DNA of 64,000 nucleotides, taken from Amoebophrya sp. A120. Taxonomy: Eukaryota; Protista; Dinoflagellata. The position numbers and the translations under genes are program-made. The DNA lies in NCBI GenBank assembly GCA_905178155.1, contig CAJINV010000002.1, positions 6,974,743-7,038,742 of the forward strand. The letters run 5' to 3'. Position 1 is the first letter of the stretch. The number at the start of each line of letters is the position of its first letter. Below, piece by piece: positions 62,380 through 64,000 of this stretch. The notes beneath the pieces are model-generated. The model saw nothing but the letters and a program-made list of their open reading frames with translations. It was not told the DNA's origin and ran no database searches.

Positions 62380-64000
62380 TTGTATGCATATGCTACACAA
62401 ACACAAGCACAAGTGCTCACCCGAGAGAAGTACAAGGAGCGAGCTTACAACAATTTCAATTTGATGGGCCACCATCAACTACCTGGTCGTGCTTCTTTTT
62501 TGTGCGTCAACCAATATGATCCCCAGCATGTTGCCCATCACGTGCAAGAAACTGGCCTAAGAAGCGCCGTCCCATAACAACATCAACAAGATGATGGAAG
62601 CTGCGTCCTGGGGTCTCCGCATGGCGGAGGAGCGCCGTGACCGTTTGAAGTCTTTTGATTTCCGGAAACAGGTGGAGCTGGACTACAACATCGAGTGCGA
62701 GAAACATTTAATCCCGCAACTCGACCAGTTGCTCATTGCTTTCGGGGGGATAGGCGGAGGCGGTACATCCAATGGGCCTTCACTCACAGCCGGTGGGTCC
62801 TTCCATTCCGACCCACAGCAAAACCTCAACCCGCTGCTGCAAAACCCGCGAGTGCGGGAGTGGACGGAAACTTTGATCAATTTTCTCGTCCGCGCCAACA
62901 TCGACATCGCTTTTCAAGTGATTGAAGAAGACCTCACGTATTGTAAGATCATGGAACATATGCATTGCAAAAGTATCGTGCTCGTACTAATTGCAGATAT
63001 GCATGACAAATTCAATTTTCTACCTGAAATAGCATGACAAATTCAATTTTTTTCTTTGGAAAATTATTTGTAATGCATTTTATACTAGTACGATACTCTT
63101 GCACAGGATAGAACAACAATTGAGGGAGACCATCGAGCACTTGATCGCGTTACAAACGGAGTACTTCAAGGAGATTTCGTCTCTCAGGAACAAATACCTG
63201 CAGCAGTTGGACGAAAAAGCGAACATTTTCAACCCGGAAAAGTTCAACAACGAGGAGCAGTTGTACGTCCAGGAGATGGCCGAAGCGTGGAAAGCGTTAC
63301 CGGATTTCGAGAAGCACCGGGCACTGTTCCTGGATCCGAAGGAGGAGTGGCAGCAGCGGCTGAGGCCGTTATCGTTGCGGAATGACGACGAGAGCTCGCC
63401 GAACGGGGTTGGTGGTGGAGCGGGTGGGGCTGGAAGTCAAAAGAGTCTTCCTGTCCTCTCCAAACCCTACGAAGTCGACGCTTTGCCCTGGTTTTTCGAC
63501 GTGAACGGCGGGCATTTGGGGAAGAAAATTCAGGAGTTGTGCGCTCTCATGGTGGCGCACCGGGTGAAAGAGATACGAGCGCGGGATAAGGAAATGGAGG
63601 AGGCGGCGCGGAAGGCCAGGATGGCAAAGGACGACGAAGCGGTGCCTAGTTCGATGATGGACGAAAACTTGATGAAGGAAACACTGGAGGAGAACAAGTA
63701 TAAGTAACGGTTTTCGTTTTTTTATTGTGTTCTGTTCTGGTCCTGGTGTAGTTCTTTGTTCCGCTAAGAAAAGTACGTTTCTTTGTTGCATCTTTGTCGT
63801 CTCGGAGCTGCACATACGACAACAACTCACACCAAAAACAGGCGCCTCCAGAAGGAGAACCGAGAGCTCAAAGCGCAAAACGCAGACAAGGATGAGGAAA
63901 TTGCAAATTTGCAGAAGCTTCTGGAGGAACAGTCTAAAAGGATAGAAGAACTTTCCCTGGAAAACGAAGAGTTGAAGCAGAGCTCACGACGGAACTCGAC
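62380..64000 (+). CDS. Coiled-coil hypothetical protein, partial (runs off the window; 5' end uncertain)
   Basis: Joined by probable GT-AG introns 62486-62561 and 63698-63841 and TIR intron 62959-63110; heptad-like ENKRLQKENRELKAQN...LSLENEELKQ. Confidence 0.65.
62959..63110. mobile_element. Introner-like TIR intron (TATGCATTGC/TATCCTGTGC family)
   Basis: TATGCATTGCAAAAGTATCGTGCTCGTAC ... GTACGATACTCTTGCACAGGATA; perfect DR GAACA; join KIME|QQLRE. Confidence 0.9.

Overview
Eukaryotic, gene-dense DNA that most likely comes from a parasitic dinoflagellate such as Amoebophrya (Syndiniales). This is inferred from an exact 22-nt dinoflagellate spliced leader at 18803-18824, from all intact genes lying on the + strand, and from the intron type. 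About ten protein genes can be reconstructed: an AAAP amino-acid transporter, a possible POT1-like OB-fold protein, a DUF445-like membrane protein, leukotriene-A4-hydrolase/M1 aminopeptidase, a DEAD-box helicase, an Rdx+EF-hand protein and several unknowns. They contain two kinds of intron: ordinary GT-AG introns, and 15 complete short (112-306 bp) introner-like elements. The introners share one architecture: TAT...ATA termini, long imperfect terminal inverted repeats (TIR), a 5-bp direct repeat (DR) and, in most copies, an internal GCATGACAAAT-type motif. Removing an element plus one DR restores the reading frame in every case, mostly with no GT-AG available. Other notable structures are a ~1-kb TIR element whose empty site is shown by three local paralogous copies, a mosaic duplication that captured an inverted fragment of another gene, a 1.84-kb insert flanked by a 20-bp direct repeat and carrying a spliced leader, and recurrent GC-rich intergenic islands. 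Exon coordinates were derived by eye; junctions within DRs are ambiguous by up to 5 nt.
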